From: Pirellulales bacterium
Lineage (GTDB): Bacteria > Planctomycetota > Planctomycetia > Pirellulales > UBA1268
Direction: 5' to 3'
Length of the DNA: 64,000 nucleotides
NCBI GenBank assembly: GCA_040397545.1
Contig: JBBAVV010000022.1
Location: 4,174 to 68,173 of the forward strand
Below, piece by piece: positions 27,344-37,485 of the stretch. The position numbers and the translations under genes were made by a program. Position 1 is the stretch's first letter. Each line of letters begins with the position of its first letter. The notes beneath the pieces were generated by a model. The model had not been told where the DNA came from, ran no database searches, and saw nothing but the letters and a program-made list of their open reading frames with translations.

Positions 27344-30300
27344 ACACCCTCCACACCAGCCGGCGGCGCCGGTCCATCACGGCCCCATCGATCCGGCCAC
27401 GGATGGGGGCCATGATTTTGGCGTGGGGTGCGTGGCTCCTCGTCGGCGCGTGGTCGCCGGTCGTCGCTGCGGAGCACGCTCCTCCGGCGGCGCCAGTGTC
27501 GCCGGTCGATTTCAACCGCGACATCCGTCCGCTCCTCTCTGACCGCTGTTTTGCCTGCCATGGCCCCGACGCGGCCAAGCGGCAGGGGGGCTTACGCCTC
27601 GATGAGCCCGCTGGAGCCAGTCTCGTGCTCGAAAGTGGCAGCCGGGCGGTGGTGCCGGGCGATGCGGCGGCCAGCGAGTTGCTCTCCCGAATCGAGTCGA
27701 CCGATCCCGATCTCGTCATGCCGCCGCCGCATGTCGGCAAACCGGTGACGGCGGCCGAGGCAGAGCTGCTGGGCCGCTGGATCGCAGCCGGCGCCGCGTA
27801 CCGGGGCCACTGGGCCTTCGAGAGGGTCACGCGGCCGGAGGTGCCGGAGACGCGCGACTCGCAGTGGCCGCGGACGCCGGTTGACCACTTCATCCTCGCG
27901 CGGCTCGCGGCCGAAGGGATGAGCCCCAACGGCGAAGCTTCCCGCGAGCTGCTCGCCCGCCGCGTCAGCCTCGATCTGACGGGCCTGCCGCCGACGCCGG
28001 AGGAGGTTGCCGCGCTGGTCGCCGATCCTTCCCCCGAGGCGTATGAAAAGTATGTCGACCTGAAGCTCGCGAGCCCGCACTTCGGCGAGCGGATGGCGAT
28101 CGAATGGCTCGATGCGGCCCGCTATGCCGATAGCCATGGCTACCAGACCGATTCGAGCCGCTCGAACTGGCCGTGGCGCGATTGGGTGATCGCGGCCTAC
28201 AACCGCAACCTCCCCTTCGATCAATTCACGATCCACCAACTCGCCGGCGACATGCTTCCGCCCGTGCCGGGCGACGAGGCGGCGACGCGCGACGCGATCA
28301 TCGCCACCGGCTTCAACCGCAACCACCGGATCAACGGCGAGGGGGGCATCATCGCCGAGGAGTGGCGCGTGGAGACGGTCATCGATCGCGTCGAGACGAC
28401 CGGCCAAACTTGGCTCGGCCTCTCGGTCGGATGTGCCCGCTGCCACGATCACAAATACGACCCGCTCACGCAGCGCGAGTTCTACGCCCTCTTCGCGCTG
28501 TTTTGTAACGTTCCCGAGACCGGCACGATCATGGGAAGCGAGACGCGCAGCGGCGGCAACTCCGATCCGCTCTATCCGCTGCCGTCGGCCGAACAATCAG
28601 CCGAGATCGCCCGGCTAGAGAAGACGATATTCGACGCCGACGAGGCGGTCCGCGCCGGCGAGAAGGATCTTGGATCCCTCGTTGCCGACTGGGAGCGTTC
28701 GATCCGCCCGGTGCTCGACCTGCCGGACGACATCTGGCAGACGCTCGAGCCGCTCGAATTGAAGAGCTCGGGAGGGGCGACGTTTCGCCGGCTCGAGGAT
28801 GGCTCGTGGCTCGTCGAGGGGGCCAAGCCGCCGCTCGACACCTACGAGATCTCAGCCCTCCTTCCCGCCGGTCCGTTTGGAGGCGTCCGCCTCGAACTGC
28901 TTGCTGATCCGTCCCTCTCCGGTGGCGGCGGCTTCGGCCGCAACCACAACGGCAACGTCGTCGTGAGCCGGGTGGAGGTGGAGATCGATCCGCCGGGGGA
29001 CGCGCCGGCTCTCCCAGTGGCGCTTGGCCGTGCCGAGGCCGACTACGAGCAGGCCGGCTGGCCGGCGGCGAGCGTGCTCGGGGGAGGGCAGGGCTGGGCG
29101 ATCGACGGGCATCTTCCCGACAAGCGCCAGCCGCGTCGCCTGGCCGTATTTCCCGCAGCGACGGTCGATGTGCCGGAGAATGCCCGGCTGCGGATCCGCG
29201 TGCGGCAGGAGGTGATCGACGGGCATGCCTTCGGGCGCTTCCGGCTCACTCGGTCGTCGGCCCCGCCGGAGCTTGCCGGTGTGTCGGGGCTCGGTGTCCC
29301 GGCGCCGGTGCGCGACAGCCTGCGGATCGCCACCGCCGCGCGGACTCTCGAGCAGCAGGGGGTGATCACGGCGTATTACCGCGACAAGGTCGGGGGGCCG
29401 GTGAAGCAAGCTGAAGCCGCTCGCGACATGGCGCGGAAGGCCCTCGATGCGTTTCGCGATGCGCTCCCCAGCGCCATGGTGATGCGCGAGGGGCCGCCGC
29501 GGGATGCCTTCGTGCTCACGCGCGGCGAATACGACAAGCCGGGGGAGAAGGTCGAGCCGGGGCTGCCCGCCTTCCTCCCGCCACTCCCGCCGGGAAGGAA
29601 AGCCGATCGGCTGACACTCGCCGAGGGGATCGTCTCCCGCGATCATCCGCTCACGGCACGGGTGTGGGTGAATCGCCAATGGGAGCGGCTCTTCGGCACG
29701 GGCCTGGTGAAGACGAGCGAAAATCTCGGCAGCCAGGCCGAGTATCCGAGCCACCCGGAGCTCCTCGACTGGCTCGCGGCCGAGCTCATGGAGGGGACGA
29801 ATCTGCCCCGGGTGTCGGGCTCCCCGGCCCGCCCCTGGGACATGAAGGCCTTTCTCAAGCTCCTGCTCACGAGCTCCGTTTACCGGCAGACGAGCCTGGT
29901 CACGGCCGATGGGCTGGCCCGCGATCCGGCCAACCGGCTCCTCGCGCGTGGCCCGCGGGTGCGGTTGCCTGGGGAGATCGTCCGCGATCAGGCGCTCGCC
30001 GCGGCGGGGCTTCTCGTCCCCGCGATCGGCGGCCCGAGCGTGCGGCCGTGGATGCCTGAAGGCGTGTGGGACGAGACGAGCAAGTATGGCAATCTGCGGG
30101 GCTATGTTGCCGACGCCGGCCCAGGGCGGTTTCGCCGCAGCATGTACACGATCTGGAAGCGGACGGCCGGGCCGCCGACGATGCTCCTCTTCGACGCCCC
30201 CAACCGCGAGACCTGTACCGTGAAGCGCTCGCGAACGAACACGCCGCTGCAGGCGCTGGCGCTGCTCAACGAGACGACCTTCCTCGAAGCGGCCCAGGGG

Positions 30301-30603
30301 CTCGCGCGGCGGATGGTAGCCGAGGGGGGCGCCGATCCCGCGGCTCGGATCGGCCGCGGCTACTCGCTCGCGCTCGGGCGGGCACCCGACGGGCCCGAGC
30401 TCGAGACACTCCTTGCCGGCTTGGCCGCCGATCGTGGTGCGTTTGCCGCCGATGCGAAATCGGCCGAGGCCTTCATCGTTGCCGGTGCGGCCGGCAGGCC
30501 GGTGGCGGAAGCGACGGCGGGCCTTGCGGCCGACGAGTTTGCCGCCTGGTGCCTCGTGGCCAACGTGATTTTGAACCTCGACGAATTCGTGATGCGGGAG
30601 TGA
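27340..30603 (+). CDS. PSCyt1/PSCyt2(DUF1549)/PSD1(DUF1553) planctomycete cytochrome-c-domain protein
   Basis: 'FNRDIRPLLSDRCFACHGPD' (CxxCH), 'IEWLDAARYADSHGY', 'GCARCHDHKYDP', and C-terminal 'NVILNLDEFVMRE'. The start is GTG 27340 (overlapping the upstream stop) or ATG 27403. Confidence 0.9.
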   Translation: MNTLHTSRRRRSITAPSIRPRMGAMILAWGAWLLVGAWSPVVAAEHAPPAAPVSPVDFNRDIRPLLSDRCFACHGPDAAKRQGGLRLDEPAGASLVLESGSRAVVPGDAAASELLSRIESTDPDLVMPPPHVGKPVTAAEAELLGRWIAAGAAYRGHWAFERVTRPEVPETRDSQWPRTPVDHFILARLAAEGMSPNGEASRELLARRVSLDLTGLPPTPEEVAALVADPSPEAYEKYVDLKLASPHFGERMAIEWLDAARYADSHGYQTDSSRSNWPWRDWVIAAYNRNLPFDQFTIHQLAGDMLPPVPGDEAATRDAIIATGFNRNHRINGEGGIIAEEWRVETVIDRVETTGQTWLGLSVGCARCHDHKYDPLTQREFYALFALFCNVPETGTIMGSETRSGGNSDPLYPLPSAEQSAEIARLEKTIFDADEAVRAGEKDLGSLVADWERSIRPVLDLPDDIWQTLEPLELKSSGGATFRRLEDGSWLVEGAKPPLDTYEISALLPAGPFGGVRLELLADPSLSGGGGFGRNHNGNVVVSRVEVEIDPPGDAPALPVALGRAEADYEQAGWPAASVLGGGQGWAIDGHLPDKRQPRRLAVFPAATVDVPENARLRIRVRQEVIDGHAFGRFRLTRSSAPPELAGVSGLGVPAPVRDSLRIATAARTLEQQGVITAYYRDKVGGPVKQAEAARDMARKALDAFRDALPSAMVMREGPPRDAFVLTRGEYDKPGEKVEPGLPAFLPPLPPGRKADRLTLAEGIVSRDHPLTARVWVNRQWERLFGTGLVKTSENLGSQAEYPSHPELLDWLAAELMEGTNLPRVSGSPARPWDMKAFLKLLLTSSVYRQTSLVTADGLARDPANRLLARGPRVRLPGEIVRDQALAAAGLLVPAIGGPSVRPWMPEGVWDETSKYGNLRGYVADAGPGRFRRSMYTIWKRTAGPPTMLLFDAPNRETCTVKRSRTNTPLQALALLNETTFLEAAQGLARRMVAEGGADPAARIGRGYSLALGRAPDGPELETLLAGLAADRGAFAADAKSAEAFIVAGAAGRPVAEATAGLAADEFAAWCLVANVILNLDEFVMRE

Positions 30604-30607
30604 ATCG

Positions 30608-32056
30608 ATGGACCGTCTCATGAAGGGCTTCCACCTCCAAGACGCGCTCAACCGCCGCGTCTTCCTTGGCGGTGCTGCCGGCACCTTGGCTGCGGCCGTC
30701 GCCGGGCTCACTCCGCCGGCATCAGCCGTGGCGGCAGTGCCGGGCATCCCCCATCACGCGCCGAAGGCGAAGCGGATCATCTATCTCTTCCAGTCGGGCG
30801 CGCCATCGCAGATGGATCTCTTCGATCCCAAGCCGGCGCTGGCCACGCAGCGCGGGGAGGAGCTGCCCGAATCGATCCGTCAGGGGCAGCGGCTGACGAC
30901 GATGACCAGCGGCCAGTCGAGCTTCCCGGTGGCGCCGACGATCTTCCCCTTCGCCCAGCATGGCAAGAGCGGGATGTGGTTCAGCGATCTGATTCCGGGA
31001 ATCGCCTCGAAGGCCGATCAGTGGTGCATGATCCGTTCGATGCACACCGAGGCGATCAACCACGATCCGGCGATCACCTTCTTCCAGACCGGGAGTCAGT
31101 TGGCCGGCCGGCCGAGCATCGGCTCCTGGGCAAGCTACGGCCTGGGAAGCGAGAACGCCGATCTCCCTGCCTATCTCGTCCTCACGAGCTTTGGCAGCGG
31201 CCGCCCGGACGATCAGCCTCTCTACGACCGGCTGTGGGGAACGGGGTTTTTGCCGACGGAGCATCAAGGGGTGCGGTTCCGCAACAGCGGTGCCCCGGTT
31301 CTGTATCTTTCCGATCCGCCGGGGATCGCCCGGCAGACGCGCCGGGCAACGCTCGACCGGATCGCGGCGCTCAACGGCCGCCGCGCCGAGCTCGTCGGCG
31401 ATCCCGACATCGCGGCCCGAACGAGCCAGTATGAGATGGCCTTCCGGATGCAGACGAGCGTGCCCGATCTCGTGCGGATCAGCGATGAGCCGAAGCACGT
31501 GCTCGAGGCCTACGGGCCCGACGTCGAGCGCCCCGGGAGCTATGCCTACAACTGCCTCCTTGCCCGGCGCCTCTCGGAGCGTGGCGTGCGCTTCGTGCAG
31601 CTGTTTCACATGGGGTGGGACCATCATGGCGGCCTCCCCGACGCGATCCGCGGGCAGTGCCGCGACACCGACCGGGCGACCGCGGCGCTGATCGACGATC
31701 TCTCCGCGCGCGGCCTCCTCGACGAGACGCTCATCGTCTGGGGGGGAGAGTTTGGCCGGACGATCTATTCACAGGGGGGAATCAGCGAATCAAGCTACGG
31801 CCGCGATCACCATCCGCGCTGCTTCACGACGCTCTTGGCCGGCGCCGGGATCCAGGGGGGGCTGACCTGGGGGGCGACCGACGACTACTGCTACAACGTG
31901 ACGACGCCCGACGAGCATGTCCACGTCCATGATCTCAACGCCACGATCCTGCATCTGATGGGGATCGACCATCTCCGCCTCACCTATCCCTATCAGGGGC
32001 GCGACTTTCGTCTCACCGACATCCATGGCGAGGTCGTGAAGGGGATTCTGGCGTGA
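30608..32056 (+). CDS. DUF1501 (sulfatase-fold) protein with Tat-type signal
   Basis: 'NRRVFLGGAAGTLAAAV', 'IIYLFQSGAPSQMDLFDPKP', 'GGEFGRT...GRDHHP', 'HDLNATILHLMGIDH'. This is the canonical partner of DUF1553 proteins. Confidence 0.9.
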   Translation: MDRLMKGFHLQDALNRRVFLGGAAGTLAAAVAGLTPPASAVAAVPGIPHHAPKAKRIIYLFQSGAPSQMDLFDPKPALATQRGEELPESIRQGQRLTTMTSGQSSFPVAPTIFPFAQHGKSGMWFSDLIPGIASKADQWCMIRSMHTEAINHDPAITFFQTGSQLAGRPSIGSWASYGLGSENADLPAYLVLTSFGSGRPDDQPLYDRLWGTGFLPTEHQGVRFRNSGAPVLYLSDPPGIARQTRRATLDRIAALNGRRAELVGDPDIAARTSQYEMAFRMQTSVPDLVRISDEPKHVLEAYGPDVERPGSYAYNCLLARRLSERGVRFVQLFHMGWDHHGGLPDAIRGQCRDTDRATAALIDDLSARGLLDETLIVWGGEFGRTIYSQGGISESSYGRDHHPRCFTTLLAGAGIQGGLTWGATDDYCYNVTTPDEHVHVHDLNATILHLMGIDHLRLTYPYQGRDFRLTDIHGEVVKGILA

Positions 32057-32270
32057 GGTCTTCTCCACCCGCCTCCCCGACCGAAAGTGGCCGCGCGTAG
32101 ACGCGGGGATTGGTCCCGATGCGGACGAAGGCTGTCAGCACGGTCCAGCACAGGGAGACGGGATCATCGCCCGACAGCCGCGCATCCCACCAATCGCGGG
32201 CCGCGGTGTGCCGGACAGCCTGGGAGTCGTCCGCGTAGAGAAGCAGGTTCGCATCGACCAGGATCATCAT
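32013..32270 (-). pseudogene. Truncated VapC-like PIN-domain toxin remnant
   Basis: 'MMILVDANLLLYADDSQAVRHTAARDWWDARLSGDDPVSLCWTVLTAFVRIGTNPRVYARPLSV' matches the first half of VapC-family PIN toxins. Similarity ends near 32078, and the ORF then runs into the 3' end of the DUF1501 gene. About half the domain is missing, including the distal acidic residues. Confidence 0.55.
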
Positions 32271-32467
32271 CGGCTCCGCTGATCACGATCAGCTCCGCCC
32301 TTCGCCGTCGAGTAGTGACAACAGCTCCTGTCCAGACAGAGCCACCAACGGCTCCCGTGCCCGCCGATTCTCCCCCGGTTCCGGCCGTGTCGGGGCTGAT
32401 GGGTAGGGGGAGACCTGCAGACCGATAGACTGCCGATCCTCCCTCCCGACACGAGAGGCGCCGCCCG

Positions 32468-34405
32468 ATGGATCCGGATTCGACGTCGAGCCCCGCCCCC
32501 CACCACCCCCATGGGGCGGCCGGCCGGGGCGATCTCCTCCATCCGGCGTTCCTGGCGCTGGGCGTCGTCTTTGGTGACATCGGCACGAGCCCCCTCTACA
32601 CGCTCAAAGAATGCCTTCATGTCGCCGCCGCCCACGGCGACACCGTCGACCGCACCGATCTGTTCGGCATCCTCTCGCTCATGTTCTGGGCACTGATCCT
32701 CGTTGTCACGGTGAAGTATGTCGTCTTCGTGATGCGGGCCGACCATGGCGGGGAAGGGGGGATCCTGGCGCTTTTGGCCCTCGTCCCTGATCGCTACCGC
32801 CACTCCGCCCACGGGATCGGCGGTGTCTCCGGGATGACGCTCCTGGCCGTCGTCGGCGCATCGCTCCTCTACGGCGATGGCGTGATCACGCCGGCGATCT
32901 CCGTGCTCTCGGCCGTCGAGGGGCTCGCCGTCGCCAGCCCCGCGCTCAAGAGCTTCGTCGTTCCGATCACCTGCCTGATCCTCATCGGCCTGTTCGCGAT
33001 CCAATCGCGCGGCACCGGCGATGTCGGCAAGTTGTTTGGGCCGGTGATGCTCGTGTGGTTCACGACGCTCGCGCTGCTGGGGCTACGGCAGATCGTGCTG
33101 GAGCCGGAGGTCATCGGGGCTCTCTCCCCCGGGTGGGGCATCGAGTTCTTTCTGCGGCACGGCTTCCGCGGGATCCACATCCTCGGATCGGTCGTCCTTG
33201 TCGTCACCGGTGGCGAGGCCCTCTATGCCGACATGGGCCACTTCGGGCTCAAGCCCATTCGCCTCGCCTGGAGCGTGCTCGTCCTGCCGGCGCTCGTCCT
33301 TGCCTACCTGGGGCAAGGGGCGCTCATCCTCCGCGATCCCACCGCCGCCGACGAGCCCTTTTTCCGCATGGTGCCTCCCGGAGCAGCCACTTGGGCGCTG
33401 GTCATTCTCTCGAGCCTTGCCACCGTCATCGCCTCGCAGGCACTGATCTCCGGCGCCTTCTCGCTGACGCGGCAGGCGATGCTCCAGGGCTTTCTCCCCC
33501 GGATGACGATCCGCCACACCGCCCGCGACAACGAAGGGCAGATCTACATCCCCGAGGTCAACGCGCTGTTGGCCATCGGCTGCCTGGCGCTCGTGCTCAC
33601 CTTCCGCGAGAGCGTGCGGCTCGCCGCGGCCTACGGCATCGCCGTCACCGGCACGATGGCCGTGACCTCGGTCCTCTATTACCTCGTCGTCCGCTACAGC
33701 TGGGGCTGGTCGAAGTGGCCGAGCCTTGGGCTGCTCGCCTTCTTCCTTGCCCTCGACATCCCCTTCCTTGCCGCCAACCTCTTCAAGTTTTTCGATGGCG
33801 GCTACGTGCCGATGCTCATCGGCGCGGCGCTGATCGCCGGCATGCTCATCTGGAGCCACGGGCGGACGGCGGTCATCGATCGCTACTCCCGGCAATTCGG
33901 CCCCTGGGAAGAGGAATGGCCGGTACTCAAGGGCCACGTGGCCTCGCGCGTACCGGGCGAGGCCGTGTTCCTAACGCCGAGTGTCGAGCACGTCCCCCCG
34001 GTCCTCGTCCACCACGTGGAACTGACGCGGGCACTCCAAGAGACGGTCATCCTCCTCACGGTCGTCGATGCCACCGTCCCCGAGGTCCCCGAGGGGGAGC
34101 GGTCGAAGGTCGAGCAGCTCACCGACGGCTTCTGGAGGATCACCGTCCGGTTCGGATACATGGAGGAGCCGCTGTTGATCCCCCTCCTCCGCCGGCTCGC
34201 CACGGAGCACCACATCCCGTTCGACGTCGACAGCGCCACGTTTTTCATCGGCCATTCGACGATCATCGCCGACGAGGGAGGGCGGCTGACCCACATCCCC
34301 GAGGCGATCTTTGCCTACCTCAAGCGGAATGCCGTCCAGGAGGAACGCCGCTACCAGGTCCCGGCCGATCAAGTGATGGAGATCGGCGAGCAGATCTCGC
34401 TGTAA
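32468..34405 (+). CDS. kup: KUP/HAK/KT potassium transporter
   Basis: 'LALGVVFGDIGTSPLYTLKEC', 'GGEALYADMGHFG'. 645 aa with 12 TM plus a cytoplasmic tail. Confidence 0.95.
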   Translation: MDPDSTSSPAPHHPHGAAGRGDLLHPAFLALGVVFGDIGTSPLYTLKECLHVAAAHGDTVDRTDLFGILSLMFWALILVVTVKYVVFVMRADHGGEGGILALLALVPDRYRHSAHGIGGVSGMTLLAVVGASLLYGDGVITPAISVLSAVEGLAVASPALKSFVVPITCLILIGLFAIQSRGTGDVGKLFGPVMLVWFTTLALLGLRQIVLEPEVIGALSPGWGIEFFLRHGFRGIHILGSVVLVVTGGEALYADMGHFGLKPIRLAWSVLVLPALVLAYLGQGALILRDPTAADEPFFRMVPPGAATWALVILSSLATVIASQALISGAFSLTRQAMLQGFLPRMTIRHTARDNEGQIYIPEVNALLAIGCLALVLTFRESVRLAAAYGIAVTGTMAVTSVLYYLVVRYSWGWSKWPSLGLLAFFLALDIPFLAANLFKFFDGGYVPMLIGAALIAGMLIWSHGRTAVIDRYSRQFGPWEEEWPVLKGHVASRVPGEAVFLTPSVEHVPPVLVHHVELTRALQETVILLTVVDATVPEVPEGERSKVEQLTDGFWRITVRFGYMEEPLLIPLLRRLATEHHIPFDVDSATFFIGHSTIIADEGGRLTHIPEAIFAYLKRNAVQEERRYQVPADQVMEIGEQISL

Positions 34406-34471
34406 CGCACGCCGTTGGCCCGCATGGCTCCACGGGGCGTGGCGACGTAAACTTGCGGCGGGAGTCTTCCT

Positions 34472-37468
34472 ATGCCAATTCCATCAGAGCCATCGGTCCG
34501 TCGCACCCGCATGGCGGGGGCCGCGGTGGCGATGATCGCGCTGGTCGCGGCAGTCGGGTCAGCCAGCGAGGATGATCGGCGAGTGGCCGAGGAGAACGCT
34601 GCCGATCAGGCGTTCTTCGAGTCACGCATCCGCCCGCTTCTCCACGACCATTGCCTGGAGTGCCATGCCGCCGGGGCCGAGGGGGGGTTGCGGCTCGACT
34701 CGCTTGGAGCGCTCCTCGCCGGAGGGGATTCGGGGCCTGCGGCGGTCGCTGGCCACCCCGACGGGAGCCTGCTGGTGAAGGCGGTCCATTACGGCGACCC
34801 CGCCCTCCAGATGCCCCCCGCTGGCCGGCTCGCGCCAGCGCAGATCGAGGTGCTCGAGGCGTGGGTGCGGCGCGGTCTCCCCTGGCCGGGTGCGAAGGGA
34901 GAGCCTGTCGCCGCCGTCCGCCGGGCCGGGTTCACGATCAGCGCTGACGATCACTCACGCTGGGCCTACGCGCCGGTCGTCAGGCCCGCCGTGCCGATGG
35001 CTGGAGAGGGAACCGATCAGGGATTGGGAGCCATCGACGCGATCTTGAGGGCGCGGATGGCCAAGGCCGGCATCGGCCCCAATCCCCCCGCCACACCGCG
35101 CGAGCAGGTGCGGCGGGTGTGGTTCGACACCGTCGGCCTGCCGCCGCCACTGGAAGTGGTAGAGGCGTTCGAGCGCGATCCCTCTGACGCCGCCTGGGAG
35201 GCGCTCGTCGAGAAGCTCCTGGCGATGCCCGCCTATGGCGAGCGACAGGCGCGGCACTGGCTCGATGTCGTCCGCTATGCCCAGACCAACGGCTACGAAC
35301 GCGACGACGAGAAGCCCTATGCCTGGCGCTACCGCGACTGGGTGATCGGTGCGATCAACGACGACATGCCGTTCGACCGGTTCGTCCGCGAGCAGATCGC
35401 CGGCGATCTCCTCGAGCCGCGCACCGACTCCGCCGTCATCGCCTCCGGCTTCTGGCATCTGGGGACGTGGGATGACGAGCCGGACGACATCCGCCTCGCC
35501 CGGTACGACGAGCTCGACGACGCCCTCTCCACGATCGGTCAGGCGTTCCTCGGCGCGACGATCGGCTGTGCCCGCTGCCACGACCACAAGTTCGATCCGT
35601 TCTCGCAGGCCGATTACTACAGCCTCATCGGCATGATCCGGGGCGTGCGGCGCTACGAGCGGGCCCTGCTCCCCCCGAAGCCGGACGCGGCGATGTTCCT
35701 GCCGATCGCCGCAGGGGAGGAGTGGGCGCTGTCGGCGCGCGAGGCCGATGCCCCGACGGAGCCCTGCCACGTTCTGATACGCGGCAACCCCGCCACACCC
35801 GGCGTCGTCGTCGCTCCCGGCCTCCCCGAACTGTTCCGCAGCGGGGCCGCGGCTCCCTCGGGCCTCGAAGGGCGGCGGGCGCTTGCCGAATGGATCGCAA
35901 GCCCCGCCAATCCGCTCACGGCCCGCGTCGCCGCCAACCGCGTCTGGCAGCACAGTTTCGGTCGCGCTCTCGTCGCCACGCCGAACGACTTCGGCGCCGC
36001 CGGCCTCGCCGCCACCCATCCGGAACTGCTCGATTGGCTCGCGGCGGAGCTCGTCGACTCGGGTTGGAGCCTTAAACACCTCCACCTGAAGATCCTCCAT
36101 TCGCGGGCCTACCGGATGTCGTCGCGGGCTGATCGGCCGGAGTGCCTTGCGGCGGACGAGCCAAACACGCTCCTCTGGCGGCAGAACCGGCGCCGGCTCG
36201 AGGCGGAGATCATTCGCGATGCTTTTCTGGCTGCGTCGGATTCGATCAATCCTGCAGTCGGCGGCCGCGGGTTCTTCATGCAGGTCGGGCCCGATTCGCT
36301 CTCCGGTCAGTCGCGCCCCGGTCTCGGCTGGGAGATCTCGCATCCGCGAGAGCAGGATCGCCGCAGCATCTACGGCTTCGTGAAGCGCACGCTCATCGTG
36401 CCGGAGCTCGAAGCCCTCGATTACACCAATACCACCAGCCCCGTCGGCGAGCGCGCCATCACCACCGTCGCCCCCCAAGCCCTCCTCTTGATCAACGGCG
36501 ACTTCGCTCGCAGCCGAGCCCGGGCCCTCGCCGAGCGCGTCACGGCGGAGACCGGCCCGAGCGCGCCCGAGGGGGAAGACGGGGCGTTCATTCGTCGCCT
36601 CTTCGAGCGGGCGCTGTCGCGACGGCCGACCTCGGAGGAGGCTGGGATCGCCCTCGACTATCTCGACCGGCAGACATCGACCTGGGCCTCCCGTGCCGAC
36701 GCGATCGTGCTGCGGCCGCTCGTTCCCAGCGCCCTTCAAGAGGGCTACCGGAAGATTCTCCGCCCGGAGCAGATCCTCGAGGTCAGCCCGGCGGAGGGAT
36801 GGAGTGTGGGCGGGGGTGTTTGGGGGGGGAGTTACGAGGGGATCGTCAACGCCGACCCTGCCGCGGGTCCATTTACGCTGTTTGGTGGCGAGCCGTCGAC
36901 CGTGCTGCCGGCCGGATTCGCCCCGGGAATGGCGTTTCGGGACGGCGTCATCGAGGCCGAGGTGTTTGTGCGCGACGCGGCTGACATCGTGGCCCTCGTG
37001 TTCGCCGGTGTCCCCTCCGGCGAGCCGGCCGCACAGCGCTCCACCGGCTACGAGCTGGTCCTCGTGCCCGAGGATGGCGTCGTCGAACTGCGGCGGGTGA
37101 ATCCCGATGGCGTGGTGGTGCTCGCGTCGGTGAAGGCGCCGCTGCGGACCGATGCCTGGAGCCGGCTGCGGCTCGAGCGCCGCGGGGCGCATCTGGTGGC
37201 GTGGCTGGCCGACGGAGCGTCGCCGCTGCCGACGGTGCCTTTGCTCGAGGCTGTCGATCGAGAGCCGCTCGATCGTCCGGGGCGGGCCGGCTTGAGAACG
37301 CTCGGGGCCGGTACGATGGCCCGCCGGTTCTTCGTCCATCCCGCCGGTGGCGAACCGTTCCGTGTCGATCCAGCCGTGCCTCCGAGCCGCGACGAGGCCC
37401 GGCACCGTGCTCGCCGCGATCTCGCCCTGGTCGTTTTGAACCTCAACGAGTTTGTCACCGTCGACTGA
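34472..37468 (+). CDS. PSCyt1/DUF1549/DUF1553 protein with extra jelly-roll (DUF1080/LamG-like) insertion near the C-terminus
   Basis: 'FESRIRPLLHDHCLECHAAG', 'RHWLDVVRYAQTNGY', 'GCARCHDHKFDP'. An extra block of about 230 aa reads 'GWSVGGGVWGG...FRDGVIEAEVFV...GYELVLVPEDGVVELRR...'. It sits before the conserved end 'VVLNLNEFVTVD'. Confidence 0.9.
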   Translation: MPIPSEPSVRRTRMAGAAVAMIALVAAVGSASEDDRRVAEENAADQAFFESRIRPLLHDHCLECHAAGAEGGLRLDSLGALLAGGDSGPAAVAGHPDGSLLVKAVHYGDPALQMPPAGRLAPAQIEVLEAWVRRGLPWPGAKGEPVAAVRRAGFTISADDHSRWAYAPVVRPAVPMAGEGTDQGLGAIDAILRARMAKAGIGPNPPATPREQVRRVWFDTVGLPPPLEVVEAFERDPSDAAWEALVEKLLAMPAYGERQARHWLDVVRYAQTNGYERDDEKPYAWRYRDWVIGAINDDMPFDRFVREQIAGDLLEPRTDSAVIASGFWHLGTWDDEPDDIRLARYDELDDALSTIGQAFLGATIGCARCHDHKFDPFSQADYYSLIGMIRGVRRYERALLPPKPDAAMFLPIAAGEEWALSAREADAPTEPCHVLIRGNPATPGVVVAPGLPELFRSGAAAPSGLEGRRALAEWIASPANPLTARVAANRVWQHSFGRALVATPNDFGAAGLAATHPELLDWLAAELVDSGWSLKHLHLKILHSRAYRMSSRADRPECLAADEPNTLLWRQNRRRLEAEIIRDAFLAASDSINPAVGGRGFFMQVGPDSLSGQSRPGLGWEISHPREQDRRSIYGFVKRTLIVPELEALDYTNTTSPVGERAITTVAPQALLLINGDFARSRARALAERVTAETGPSAPEGEDGAFIRRLFERALSRRPTSEEAGIALDYLDRQTSTWASRADAIVLRPLVPSALQEGYRKILRPEQILEVSPAEGWSVGGGVWGGSYEGIVNADPAAGPFTLFGGEPSTVLPAGFAPGMAFRDGVIEAEVFVRDAADIVALVFAGVPSGEPAAQRSTGYELVLVPEDGVVELRRVNPDGVVVLASVKAPLRTDAWSRLRLERRGAHLVAWLADGASPLPTVPLLEAVDREPLDRPGRAGLRTLGAGTMARRFFVHPAGGEPFRVDPAVPPSRDEARHRARRDLALVVLNLNEFVTVD

Positions 37469-37485
37469 AGCGGAGTCCTTCCCCG

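Noticed and set aside
32271-32467. Search for an intact VapB-type antitoxin upstream of the PIN relic, including the 245-aa ORF 32267..33004(-).
   Set aside because: The long ORF is antisense to kup and junk-like. The other two frames lack a start codon, and only a possible C-terminal scrap is present.
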